From contig CM120640.1 in assembly GCA_051362555.1 (NCBI GenBank), positions 28,172,503 through 28,236,502 of the forward strand: a stretch of DNA of 64,000 nt. The letters run 5' to 3'. The notes under the pieces were generated by a model. The model saw nothing but the letters and a program-made list of their open reading frames with translations. It did no database searches and was not told the origin of the DNA. The stretch is from Lingula anatina. Its lineage: Eukaryota > Animalia > Brachiopoda. Position numbers and translations under genes: made by a program. Positions 1 to 10,419 of the stretch are shown one piece after another. Position 1 is the first letter of the stretch; every line of letters starts with the position of its first letter.

Positions 1-1
1 T

Positions 2-1459
2 TCTAGTTCAGGATTTATTGATGACAGTTTATTGTGTTCAGATAATTACCTTGAATGTGTTGAAAATATAAGATGCACAAAACATCTAATGGAAACACTT
101 GGTTTTATAATCAATGCAGAAAAGTCTGTCCTTATTCCCCAACAATCATTGTTGTTTTTGGGAAATATAATTGATTCTGAAAGTATGACGGTGACTTTAC
201 CTAAAGATAAAATGGATCACATTGTACAGCAGTGTAAAATGCTTATCATTAAAACAGAAGCAAAAGTAAGACTAGTAGCTAAAGTGATTGGAATTATAGT
301 TTCAACATTCTCAGCTGTTGAATATGGTAAACTCCATTATAGAGAACTTGAAAAGCAGAAGATAAGTGCTTTAAAAAGCAACAATGGAAATTATGATGCT
401 ATGATGCACATTACAATAAGTATGAAGCAAGAATTACAATGGTGGATGGAAAATGTCCACTTGCAAAGAAGGAAAATTGACAAAGGAAATGTTGACATTA
501 TATTGTATACTGATGCATCCAAATTAGGCTGGGGTGCTCATTTGGAGGGTCAAAAAATTGGTGGTAGATGGTTTCCAGAAGAAGCTAACCTTCATATAAA
601 TGCTTTAGAGTTACTAGCAATATTATATGCATTGCAGTCTTTTACATTTAGATTTGAAAATAAACATGTAAAGATCATGAGTGATAATATTACAGCATGT
701 GACTATATTCAGAATATGGGTGGAATTAAATCTTATGATTGCAATAACATAGCAAAAAAGATTTGGCATTGGTGTATCGAGAAAAATGTTTGGCTCACCT
801 GTGTCCATGTGCCAGGGAAAGATAATGTAGATGCTGATGATGCTTCTAGGAAGTTTAATGAACGTTTAGAATGGAAGTTGAATGAGAATGTATTTCAAAA
901 GATATGTGAAAAATTTGGAAATCCATTTATTGATCTTTTTGCCTCTAGATTAAATGCGCAAGTTGAAAGATATTGTTCATGGCAGGCAGACCCCTTTGCT
1001 TGGGGTATTAATGCATTTACTTATGATTGGGGAACACTGAATTATGTTTATCTGTTTCCACCTTTCAGTTTGCTGGGTCATTGTATCCAGAAGATTCGCA
1101 AAGACAAAGCCAGGGGTATTATAGTGGCTCCTGTATGGCCAACACAGATATGGTTTGCAAAGTTGATGGAATTACTTGTGGAAAACCCAATAGTCATTCA
1201 AAAGAAAAAAGGTCTGCTAACTTTACCAGGGAACAAGCTCCCAGTGGAACATCCTCTTATGGACAAGTTGAAACTCATTGTATGCAAAGTATCAGGGAAC
1301 AGTTTAGAGAATGAGGCCTTTCTGAGCAATCAACCCACATACTTATGTCATCTTGGCGTACAGGGACAAAGAAACAATACAACGTGTTCATTAAACGCTG
1401 GTTCAAATACTGTGGTGAAAGGAAAATTAATTCAATTTCACCACATGTGGAAGAGGTGA
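2..1459 (+). CDS. DIRS pol ORF (5'-truncated by window): reverse transcriptase C-terminal part, RNase H and phage-like DNA adenine methyltransferase-like domain
   Basis: Frame is open from base 2: SSSGFIDDSLL (YxDD-type motif at 14-25), GFIINAEKS and FLGNIID (RT). RNase H residues in YTDAS, HINALE, MSDN, DADDASR. MT-like motifs IDLFAS and VYLFPPF...APVWPTQIWF. Confidence 0.92.
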   Translation, partial: SSSGFIDDSLLCSDNYLECVENIRCTKHLMETLGFIINAEKSVLIPQQSLLFLGNIIDSESMTVTLPKDKMDHIVQQCKMLIIKTEAKVRLVAKVIGIIVSTFSAVEYGKLHYRELEKQKISALKSNNGNYDAMMHITISMKQELQWWMENVHLQRRKIDKGNVDIILYTDASKLGWGAHLEGQKIGGRWFPEEANLHINALELLAILYALQSFTFRFENKHVKIMSDNITACDYIQNMGGIKSYDCNNIAKKIWHWCIEKNVWLTCVHVPGKDNVDADDASRKFNERLEWKLNENVFQKICEKFGNPFIDLFASRLNAQVERYCSWQADPFAWGINAFTYDWGTLNYVYLFPPFSLLGHCIQKIRKDKARGIIVAPVWPTQIWFAKLMELLVENPIVIQKKKGLLTLPGNKLPVEHPLMDKLKLIVCKVSGNSLENEAFLSNQPTYLCHLGVQGQRNNTTCSLNAGSNTVVKGKLIQFHHMWKR

Positions 1460-2265
1460 TAGAATTTCTTACAAAACAGTTTAATGATGGCTTAGCTTAT
1501 GACAGTTTAAATACAGCAAGAGGTTCTATTTCATCAATGGGTATTCAAATTGATGGAGTTTCAGCAGGGAGTCATCCATTGGTGATAAGATATATGAAAG
1601 GCATTTATAATTTGAGGCCACCAAGACAACGTTATGCTCAAATTTGGGATGTTAATAAAGTTCTGGTTTTCTTAAGGAAACTTTCACCAGTAAAGCACTT
1701 GACTTTGAAGGATCTGACTTTAAAACTTACAATGCTCATGGCATTAATTAATGCCACACGTGTACAAACATTGCATTTAATTTCTGTTGTTGATATGAAA
1801 AAGTTGAGTTCAGAGTTTGTGTTTCAGTTATGTGGTTTACTGAAGCAAAGTAGACCAGGTTGTAATTCATCACATATTGTGTTTAAAGCTTACCCTCCAG
1901 ATAGGAGGTTGTGTGTTTATACTGTTTTAAAAGAGTATATAGCTCGTACAAAGACATTGCGTAGGCATAATGTTGATAAAAATTTGCTTATAAGTTATAT
2001 GAAACCTTATAAACCTGTTCAAAGAGATACGATTTCTAGATGGATCAAAGTTGTAATGACAAAATCGGGAATAGACACTACTTTATTTGGTGCTCACAGT
2101 GTGAGAGCTGCTGCTGTTTCAAAGGCAAAAATGAATTCTGTGCCAGTGACAGATATTTTGAACAAAGCTGGTTGGAGTACTGAAAAATCATTTGCAAAAT
2201 TCTATGAGAAACAAATCGAGGATAAAGCTACCACATTTGAATATGGAGTTTTAAAAAGGAAGTAA
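1345..2265 (+). CDS. DIRS tyrosine recombinase (integrase)
   Basis: 306-aa ORF overlapping the pol ORF in another frame. Catalytic residues R (NATRVQ), HxxR (AHSVRAA), W (AGWS) and Y (FAKFYEK). N-terminal SAM-like part (W..YC...V.EFL...GLAYDSLNTAR, HPLVIRYMKG) is typical of DIRS YRs. Confidence 0.92.
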   Translation: MSSWRTGTKKQYNVFIKRWFKYCGERKINSISPHVEEVIEFLTKQFNDGLAYDSLNTARGSISSMGIQIDGVSAGSHPLVIRYMKGIYNLRPPRQRYAQIWDVNKVLVFLRKLSPVKHLTLKDLTLKLTMLMALINATRVQTLHLISVVDMKKLSSEFVFQLCGLLKQSRPGCNSSHIVFKAYPPDRRLCVYTVLKEYIARTKTLRRHNVDKNLLISYMKPYKPVQRDTISRWIKVVMTKSGIDTTLFGAHSVRAAAVSKAKMNSVPVTDILNKAGWSTEKSFAKFYEKQIEDKATTFEYGVLKRK

Positions 2266-2456
2266 TGAGCATATTCATATACTAGTATATACTGGCATGT
2301 ATAGGTTTACATGAGTATCTGTTGATGATTTGTTGAAACTGTTCTAAACGATATTTTAAGCTGAAATAAAGGCCATTGAATACTGGTTTATTGATGTTTG
2401 TCACATTTTACTTTAAAGTCTCATTTAAGACTGACCGATATTTTTATACGAAATAG

Positions 2457-2770
2457 AATTTAAAATTAAACGAGACTTACCTTGGTTAAGTCGATGTTTG
2501 ATTGTAATTCTGTGAGTGTAAAAATGAGGGAGGGCTTAAATGCCACCCTCCCCACCCAGCTTACTCAGTAATATAATTCCAATGTAATCAGCTCACAGAT
2601 ATATAAATATAAATAAAAATGTTCTTTAAAAAAATGTGAAAACATCAAGCTTTAAAGGCTGAGTACGCATGCGCAAGCATATCTCATTTAAGCCCTCCCT
2701 CACTTTTACACTCACAGAATTACAATCAAACATCGACTTAACCAAGGTAAGTCTCGTTTAATTTTAAATT
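2457..2770. repeat. 86-bp inverted repeat: DIRS internal complementary region (2457-2542) versus the end of the right terminal repeat (2685-2770)
   Basis: aatttaaaattaaacgagacttaccttggttaagtcgatg...gagggagggcttaaatg is the reverse complement of catttaagccctccctc...gtctcgtttaattttaaatt, with one mismatch seen. Confidence 0.93.
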
Positions 2771-2820
2771 ATAAAATTCTAATTGATTATGCTGTGAAGT
2801 GTTAATATGTTGTTTTCTAG

Positions 2821-5800
2821 GCTACAGAGGAGAGAAGATATTGGTGCTCACTTGATGTTTAATGCACAATTTGAAAGTGGAAATCTCAGGAAAGCAATAC
2901 AGGTAGAAAACATTTTCTTGTAGAGTTTATAACCAAGATTTGCAACATTCAGTAATGCATTTCTAGCTAGGGCATTCCTTAAAGGGATAATAACTCTTCG
3001 TTTCGGCCAAAAAATGAATTTTCCTGAAGTAAACAACAATTTTCCCATACTCACCAATGGTTAATGAATCCATTTTTACATTCAAAGTAAGTCCCTGGTT
3101 TTTTTCTAAAAAGTTTAGTTTTTTGTTAAAATCTCTTAAGAGATTTTAACAGAGTATAGCCATCAATGGAGGTCACGTGGTCTGAAGACAAGCTCAGATA
3201 TCAGAATAATAGCTATAACTGCCATTTTTGTGTTAAAACAGTATATATTTTATATTTCTGTGTTATTCACAAATGTTTTTATTGTGAAATATAGATCTCA
3301 TACGAAAAGTTATTATCCCTTTAAAGTTTAAGGCAAGATTACTGAAGTATTCGTTGATCAAAGATCTACAATGTTTTGTGTGCCTTTAAGATATTTATCG
3401 TCTTTTACTACCAAATACTTAAAAATGTTAAATATGATATAGTATACTTATAAAACTAATGCAACATTAATGATATAAAATTTAACATGATTCAATTTGA
3501 TTTCAAAAGGTGCGTCAGTATGAATATGACCTCTTCCTCAATCCCGATATCAACACAAACCACCATCACCAGTGGTTTTATTTTGAGATTAGTAACATGG
3601 AGGTGGGCAGGCCATACAGGTTTAACATCAGCAACTGTGAGAAACTCAACAGCCAGTTCAATTATGGTGAGATACGTCCTTGTGTGTTATATAAAGTTTT
3701 GTAACAGAATTGGAAAAACGATATTTTTAGACTAAGGTGAAACTGGATTTGAAGTTACAAATGATTCCTGACACGTGCCTCCTTCTATTATCCTTGCTAG
3801 TAAATCTTCAGGAATACAAATGGAATGGTACTTTTTAATGATTTGATTAGCAGGTCACAGATCAGCAAACATGTCCATATTCAAGCACTGTACATATATG
3901 TGAATCACTTATTTTAGATTTCTCTTAATATTATTCATTGATTCTGTGTTGTGTCTGTAAGCTGGCATTTGCTTCAATAAACTCAGTCCTGTTACCTCTA
4001 CATTAACCAGAAATCTATTCTATTATCATAAGATTGGAAAAATAATGTTATTTTGTTTCTCTTCTACAGGAATGCAGCCAGTGATGTATTCTGTGAAGGA
4101 AGCCCTGCAGGGCCGCCCCCACTGGCTGCGTGTGGGCTCGGAGATATGCTACTACAAGAACCACTTCACACGCAGCTCACAGGTCACAGGGGGACAGAAA
4201 GGAAAGACGTACTACACGGCAACTTTTACCATCACCTTCAAGCATGAGAGAGACATCTGCTACATTGCATACCATTTTCCATATACCTATACCATGTTAC
4301 AGGTAGGTTGACAGGACTGCTCATGATCATCATGTATGGGAAATCTATGAATAGTTTCACATTGACGGATGGGTTGGTGTATTTGTCTGAATTACATTTA
4401 TCTGTTTATAGTACTCTGTACACCATTTATTTATTCATTCATTCATTCATTCATTCATTCTTCTTCTTCTTCTTCTTTTTTTTTCTTCTTCTTCTCCTTC
4501 TTCTTCTTCTTATTTTCTGTTTTTGTTTTTCACAGACTCACTTAATCAAATGGGAAAACACCTACGACCAAAGCAGCATCTACTTTAAAAACCAAGTGCT
4601 AACCGAGACCATATCTGGCAATGCAGTCCCCCTGCTGACTATCACTGCTTACCCACTCAGCAACAACAGAGAGGGGATAGAGCAGTTTAGTAAGTAACTA
4701 AGAAATGTAAAACTGAAAGATATACACGATTGGTGTATGTCTGGGACATGTCACAACTTGCTTTTATTTCTTAATAATTTTTATTTTTCAACATGTAGGT
4801 AACTTTCAGTATTGTTTTTCTAGGAAACCGCCCTTACATCTTCCTGTCGTCCAGGGTACATCCAGGGGAAAGCAACTCCAGCTGGGTGATGAAAGGTAAA
4901 ACCGTAGCTTCAGATTGAAATGAGCACATAGATAAGACTTCCATTTTGCTTAAAAAAAGGAGAAAAAAACCGACTGTTTGTGTGACCTAAGATTGATTTG
5001 GTCTGGTCAAACTTGCTTGAATTAATGCCTCTTGAGTCAAGTAGATCTGATTATTTTCTGATGCACATTATATTTTGCAGGTCATGGAATTTTGTTTAGA
5101 TATTACAAAACCTAAGCATCCTGCTACAGTTTTGATGTATTTTGAGATGTGTATTTGTGAGGGTGATCATGGATTTTTCAGGTACTATTCAGTTTCTTCT
5201 CAGCAATGCTCCTATGGCACAAACTCTAAGAGAGATGTACATCTTCAAGATTGTTCCAATGCTGAATCCAGATGGTGTCATAAATGGAAAGTAAGTGTGG
5301 TGATATCCTTTTCCTTCTTCTAGTGTTATATGTATCCTACTTTTTATCCTTTGGAGAATCTGTTGCAAAATAGTTGAATTAAACTTTTTAAAAGCATGCC
5401 CAAGGCGAAGCTCATATTTTATGCTTTGTATATGAAGATTCAATTTGACATAATTTGCCACAATTTGTAGATCCATGTTTGCACATCCCTTTGATCTGGT
5501 TGCTGACACTCCCTCTATCTGTTACAGCCACAGGTGCTCCCTGGTAGCAGAGGATCTGAACAGGCGCTGGCTGGTACCATGTCCTAAACTGCACCCCACT
5601 ATCTACCACACCCGGGGCCTGCTGCAGTACCTCAAGATGGTCAACAAAGTGCCAGTGGTACGGGAACATGTAAACATTTATATCCGTAGATTGATTTTTA
5701 TCAATCTTTGTAATATTTATCAATAACTTTAATCTCTCTATAAAACATTTGACTAAGATAAGTTAAGTACAGGAGTTAATTTCAATTCTAAAAAGAGATT

Positions 5801-6086
5801 TTTTTTTGGTCTACAAAGTTGTAAAGAGCTTGTTACTAGGAGGGTGTATTGAGTTTTGACACGTGTAGAAGATATGAAAGTGCCTTCTTGTCATCCCAAG
5901 CAAATCTGTATTATACACAAACATTAGATATTTTATTTGTTCAGAATGCTGAATATAATGTACAACATAATAGTTATTTTTATGATAAGCATTTCCGCTA
6001 AATAAAAATGCATCAAACTTAAGTTTCTTTATATTTTTGAGTCTTAGATAAATTTTGTACAATCAGTATAGCTCAGTATATACATA

Positions 6087-6151
<65 letters not shown>

Positions 6152-7608
6152 CTTGCAGGTCTACTGTGATTATCATGGTCACTCCAGAAGGAAAAACGTA
6201 TTTCTCTATGGATGTAGTCCCAGTATGTCCTGGCAGACTGAAGACTTGGATAACCCGGCCATGTTGGCTGGAAAAGTGGAAGATACAGGATACAAGGTGA
6301 GTTTTTACTGTCACTTTAGTATAAACTTAAGCATTTAGTTTGAATAAATCAAGCCCTATCAGGCTGGTATCAGATTTGACAAAGATTTAACAGATACTGT
6401 GTAGGGTGGTTCATACCTATTAAAAAGTTTTTCCATCAGGTTGCCACAAAGCTTGCAAACTTGCATTACATTTCCAAAGCTGACTCGACTTTATTTATTT
6501 TTATTAGACTCTCCCCAAACTCCTAGCCAGTGCGCCAGCATTCTCTTTGAATAACTGTAGCTTCATGGTGGAGAAGTCCAAGGAGGCCACGGCCAGAGTG
6601 GTAGTGTGGAGACGGGTGGGGATTGTCCGCAGCTACACCATGGAAAGCACCTACTGTGGGTGTGACCAGGGACCCTACAGGGTGAGTGATAGGACTCAGA
6701 GAAGCACACTGGAGTGTAGGATTCAGAGAGTGTGAATTGTTTGAAGATAGTGGGTTTTCAAGAATTTTGTTCTCGAAAGAATAGCACCTGAAAACAAAGG
6801 GGATTGATGTTCAACATATGCAGAAAGAATGTGTACACACATATTATTGTAATACATGTATAATGGGTCCAAGGTCTTACCTGGCTTTGGTTTCTTTTTC
6901 CAATGCTATGAAGTAGAAGTAAGTATGTAATTTGCCAAATGACAAAATCTACAACAAATTGGCCTTCTTATCAAATATTATTATATTTGCCTATGATAGA
7001 AACCCTTAGCATTTTATTAGAGCCTATTTGTATGTATTTATCTTTGATTTTTTTCTAGGGATTGCACATAGGCACCAGGGAGCTGGAAGAAATGGGGAGA
7101 AAGTTCTGTGAGGCACTGATCAAGGTGCGCAGTAGACATGCTGTGTCATCTGACACCAACTCTCAACAGGACGTCAGTGGTACCATAGCAACTGGGCAGA
7201 GAGGGTAAGTGAATGTGTGAGTAGAAGGACCAACATAAATGGTTCTCAAAAAAATATCAAACTCATACTTCTTCAAGTGCACTCCTAATAGAACCAAATC
7301 ATAGACTGTTCAGAATCTTTTCCAAATTCACTCTTACATTTTATATCTTTTGGCTTCTGTGCATCAGCAAGTTATGTGTTGTTTGAAATTGCACGCCTTG
7401 ATGGAGCAATTTATTTAGTTCTTTTATATTACAATATCCTTACAGATCTGAGCTGGGTGCTATAGGCGGTGATGTTCATCTGGTCAGCAGCAGTAGCAGC
7501 ACCAGTAGCAGCAGTTATCACAGGGTACAGTCTGATGAAGAGGAAGATGATGAGGAGGAAGAAGATAACCCCTGTGAAGAAGTTGGTGAGGAAATCGGCG
7601 AAGGGTAG
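2821..7608 (+). CDS. AGTPBP1: Cytosolic carboxypeptidase 1 (tubulin deglutamylase, AGTPBP1/AGBL1 family, M14D), 3' exons only
   Basis: Exons ~2821-2902, 3510-3666, 4070-4302, 4536-4689, 4824-4895, 5182-5290, 5528-5657, 6159-6296, 6508-6681, 7059-7204, 7446-7608, all GT-AG and in frame. Motifs [25 protein letters not shown] (Zn ligands), [32 protein letters not shown]. Stop TAG at 7606-7608. Confidence 0.92.
2983..3320. mobile_element. Non-autonomous DNA transposon/MITE with TTAA target-site duplication (Kolobok/T2-like termini)
   Basis: TTAA|agggataataactcttcgt ... acgaaaagttattatccct|TTAA; ~19-bp TIR with one mismatch, AGGG...CCCT ends. Confidence 0.8.
4430..4512. repeat. Compound microsatellite (CATT)n/(TTC)n
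   Basis: Direct reading; intronic, just upstream of the acceptor at 4535. Confidence 0.9.
6086..6150. repeat. (ATT)n microsatellite, ~21 units
   Basis: Direct reading; ends 8 nt before the exon start at 6159. Confidence 0.95.
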
Positions 7609-7751
7609 AATCTGCTTCCGAAGTTAGTAACTTCTTCTGTAGTTCTTGTTATTATTAGAGGAATATATGGTTGAAAGGCATGGACAACATCAATATCTCC
7701 ATTTGACAGAAACCAGAAGAAAACACCGGTCTCAGCTCTTTGTAGCTAGAG

Positions 7752-7870
7752 TATATACCCCTTGTGGACGTATAATGACCTTTGTTGGCGAACTGTACCC
7801 CTTGCGAGTACGATATCCCTTTTGGGTATACTATACCCCTTGTGGATTGTACCCTTTAATGGATGAACTG
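7752..7870. repeat. Degenerate ~19-bp minisatellite (core TAYACCCCTTG..GG) in the CCP1 3' UTR
   Basis: Units tataccccttgtggac, ctgtaccccttgcgag, gatatcccttttggg, tataccccttgtggat, tgtaccctttaatgga; one more unit (ctctaccccttgatggg) at ~8118. Confidence 0.65.
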
Positions 7871-7884
7871 GGTGAATTTCATAA

Positions 7885-8109
7885 AGCCTAGGTCCCAACT
7901 ACGTTCTGGACACAAGGTTTTTAGGTTCCTTGCGTCCGGCTAGGACGTAGGGAAGAAATCATTAATCGGTGAAAAGTTTCTACGTGCTGTTTGCGTCCTC
8001 CAAAAGTCACACGATGGACATGCTCCTCATGCATGAACTCCCACATTTTCCCTATTTTTTGGCCGTAGACCACACGTAGCAGCCAGTATATTAGGTTGGG
8101 ACCTAGGCT
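7885..8109. mobile_element. MITE with TAA TSD (PIF/Harbinger/Tourist-like)
   Basis: TAA|agcctaggtcccaac ... gttgggacctaggct|TAA; perfect 15-bp TIR; interior is CpG-rich relative to the flanks. Confidence 0.8.
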
Positions 8110-10419
8110 TAAGCAGACTCTACCCCTTGATGGGTAGTAGACTAAAATTCATTTTAACCTGTTAAAAATTAAGGTTCTAATGAATAATACCTTATGGAAA
8201 TGTAAAGATTTGAGCCAAGCATTTGCCAATTAGAAGGACCTGGGTTAAAAGAGGGATTTTTTTTCTGCTTTCCTCTTGTCTGACAGTTATTCTTGGTGAT
8301 GAGATGTAAAATGGCATGCCTGCAGAAGTATTCATATCAAGTTTTTTATCACTATATATTAGTATATATGAATATATCTGTGATCTTAGTCAGATGACAA
8401 TCCCACCTGTGAGCTTTTTAAGATGTGGCCCCATGCTGTGTGTCACATGCTGCTTATTCTTCATATTAGGTTATTTTTTAATCTTTAAGGCCAATTGCCA
8501 ATAAAAGAAAACTGAGTATTTTTTCTACAGACGTGCAGGATAACTCGATGTTGTTTTGGTGGTTGTGTTTTAGTGTTTGTGAAACTATGATATTTTTATA
8601 AGAAAGACAACTCATTTTCTTTGAAAATGTTTGAAATGAAAACCCAGTTTGAAGCAGTGGTGTTGAGAGATATAGAAACCAGCAGCATTGATAATTAAAC
8701 TTTTACCAATTATAATCAGTAAATTTGTTATGTATACTTTTATTGATTTTTTAAAAACTTTTTCTGTTACTGCTACATTCATTGAAACCCCCAATCACAT
8801 TTGGGAGGGGGGTAAGTTTATGCAAAACAGCTGTTCTATTGTTAGTATTGTTCATTTGCATTCCTTGTGATTCTGTGCATGAATTCAGCTTTTTCATGCT
8901 ATTGCTCAAGTACTCAAATAAAAAATTAATTATAAATTTATGCAATTGTTTTTTTTTCTCACATGCAACACTGAAATATTACAGGAAACAAAATTTGTCA
9001 AGTGACAGTTTGGATTAAGTGATTGGTTGTTAATTCAGTAATTTTTACTCAGCGATTACTTCAGTGGAATAGTAAACACATATATTTTTACTTCCATCAA
9101 CAAAATTTCAATTGGATCATGCTCTTGATAATAACTGGCATTATTCTTTTATCAGATATTATTGAAAAAAAAAGACACTGACAAAACCACTCTCTCAATA
9201 TTATGATAAAAAATTTATTGAACGTAATGTACAGTGTTCCAGTGGTCTCACACATTATATTCAGTGACTGCACTCTTTTACCATACTAGCTAAATCTAGA
9301 AAAGAGATGATACAATAAAATGTAAAGTGAAGTTGTAAATACCATTTACTTGAAATGCCATATTGAATATATCAAAGTGCACATCACTCAAAAAATGAGG
9401 TTTTAAACAATGGTTGATATGGGTATTTCAACTTTGAAGAAAAGAAAGGGTAATTACAGAATCTTTAAATTAATATCACAGAATTGCATATCAGTTCAAA
9501 TAAACCAGCGAATGGCCTTGCTGTTCTATAGGCTCAATAAATATACAAAGTTATACAAGTTGCCTATATCACAGTTTGAAAGAAAGAAAATGTGGTGGAA
9601 CTATACAAAGGTAAAAAAAAGTTCACCTCTGTCACAAGTTACGAAGAAACTGAAATGTTCTGCAACAACATGCAGGTTCATTTAACTCCATTCAAGATTA
9701 AGTTAAATGAAAAATTAAAAATAGTAGATTTGTAGCTTCTTGAAGCATCTGTATGTAATTGTTCAAGATGTGAAGTAACAAAGAAATGCCTTTTATGTAA
9801 CTAGCACATTGAAGAAAACAAAAATCGTGTTTATGTGTAATTTGGGGATTTTATGTAATAAATCCTCCCTAGTGAATATCACCTTTGTTCTGAGAAATCT
9901 TTACATTTTTTTTTCTAATTTTTGAGATTCCAAGTAATAAGTGAACACACAATATCCTATATCACAGTGATATGTCATAAATGATGACAATAATACTATC
10001 ACAAGTTGGTTATACTCATGACTGCAATGTTATGTTTAATTGTAAAGATGATCTACAAAATAAGGGTGTGGATAAAGTGCTGCATCAGATTTCTGTACAC
10101 CATTTTTCCATCACATCTCACAATTGTACATGTATGAAAGATATGTAATTTAACAATAGATCACAGCCACCTACTGGCTCTTTTTAAATGTGCTGAGTAT
10201 ATATATGATCTCATACGTGTGTGTCCTGTATGGTATTGTAAGATATATAACAGCATCAAAGTTTTTTTCTTTTTTTTTCTCTCTCTCTCTGTATATGAAT
10301 TTTTTAATTTATTATATGACAGTAATGATAGTATGACATGGATGAAGCTCACGCAAAAAATAACAATGTCAAAATGGTGTCTAATGAAACTTACACAAAA
10401 GGAAACACAAAAGGACCAA

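Larger units (their letters stand above)
1..2770 (+). mobile_element. DIRS1-like tyrosine-recombinase retrotransposon, 3' portion (5' part lies upstream of the window), probably intronic in the CCP1 gene
   Basis: Overlapping intronless RT/RNase H/MT and tyrosine recombinase ORFs, followed by an 86-bp internal complementary region (2457-2542) matching the terminal segment 2685-2770 in inverted orientation. A host splice acceptor follows at 2820. Confidence 0.93.

Noticed and set aside
1-2265. Prophage or bacterial contamination (integrase plus methyltransferase)
   Set aside because: The RT/RNase H fusion, overlapping YR ORF and ICR structure are diagnostic of DIRS, and the element is contiguous with spliced animal exons.
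6055-6314. ORFs with poly-Ile runs (also poly-Phe/Leu at 4308 and 31083)
   Set aside because: Translations of microsatellites or homopolymers.
7752-7870. CRISPR-like appearance of spaced repeats
   Set aside because: Eukaryotic context, degenerate contiguous units without unique spacers, and no cas genes.
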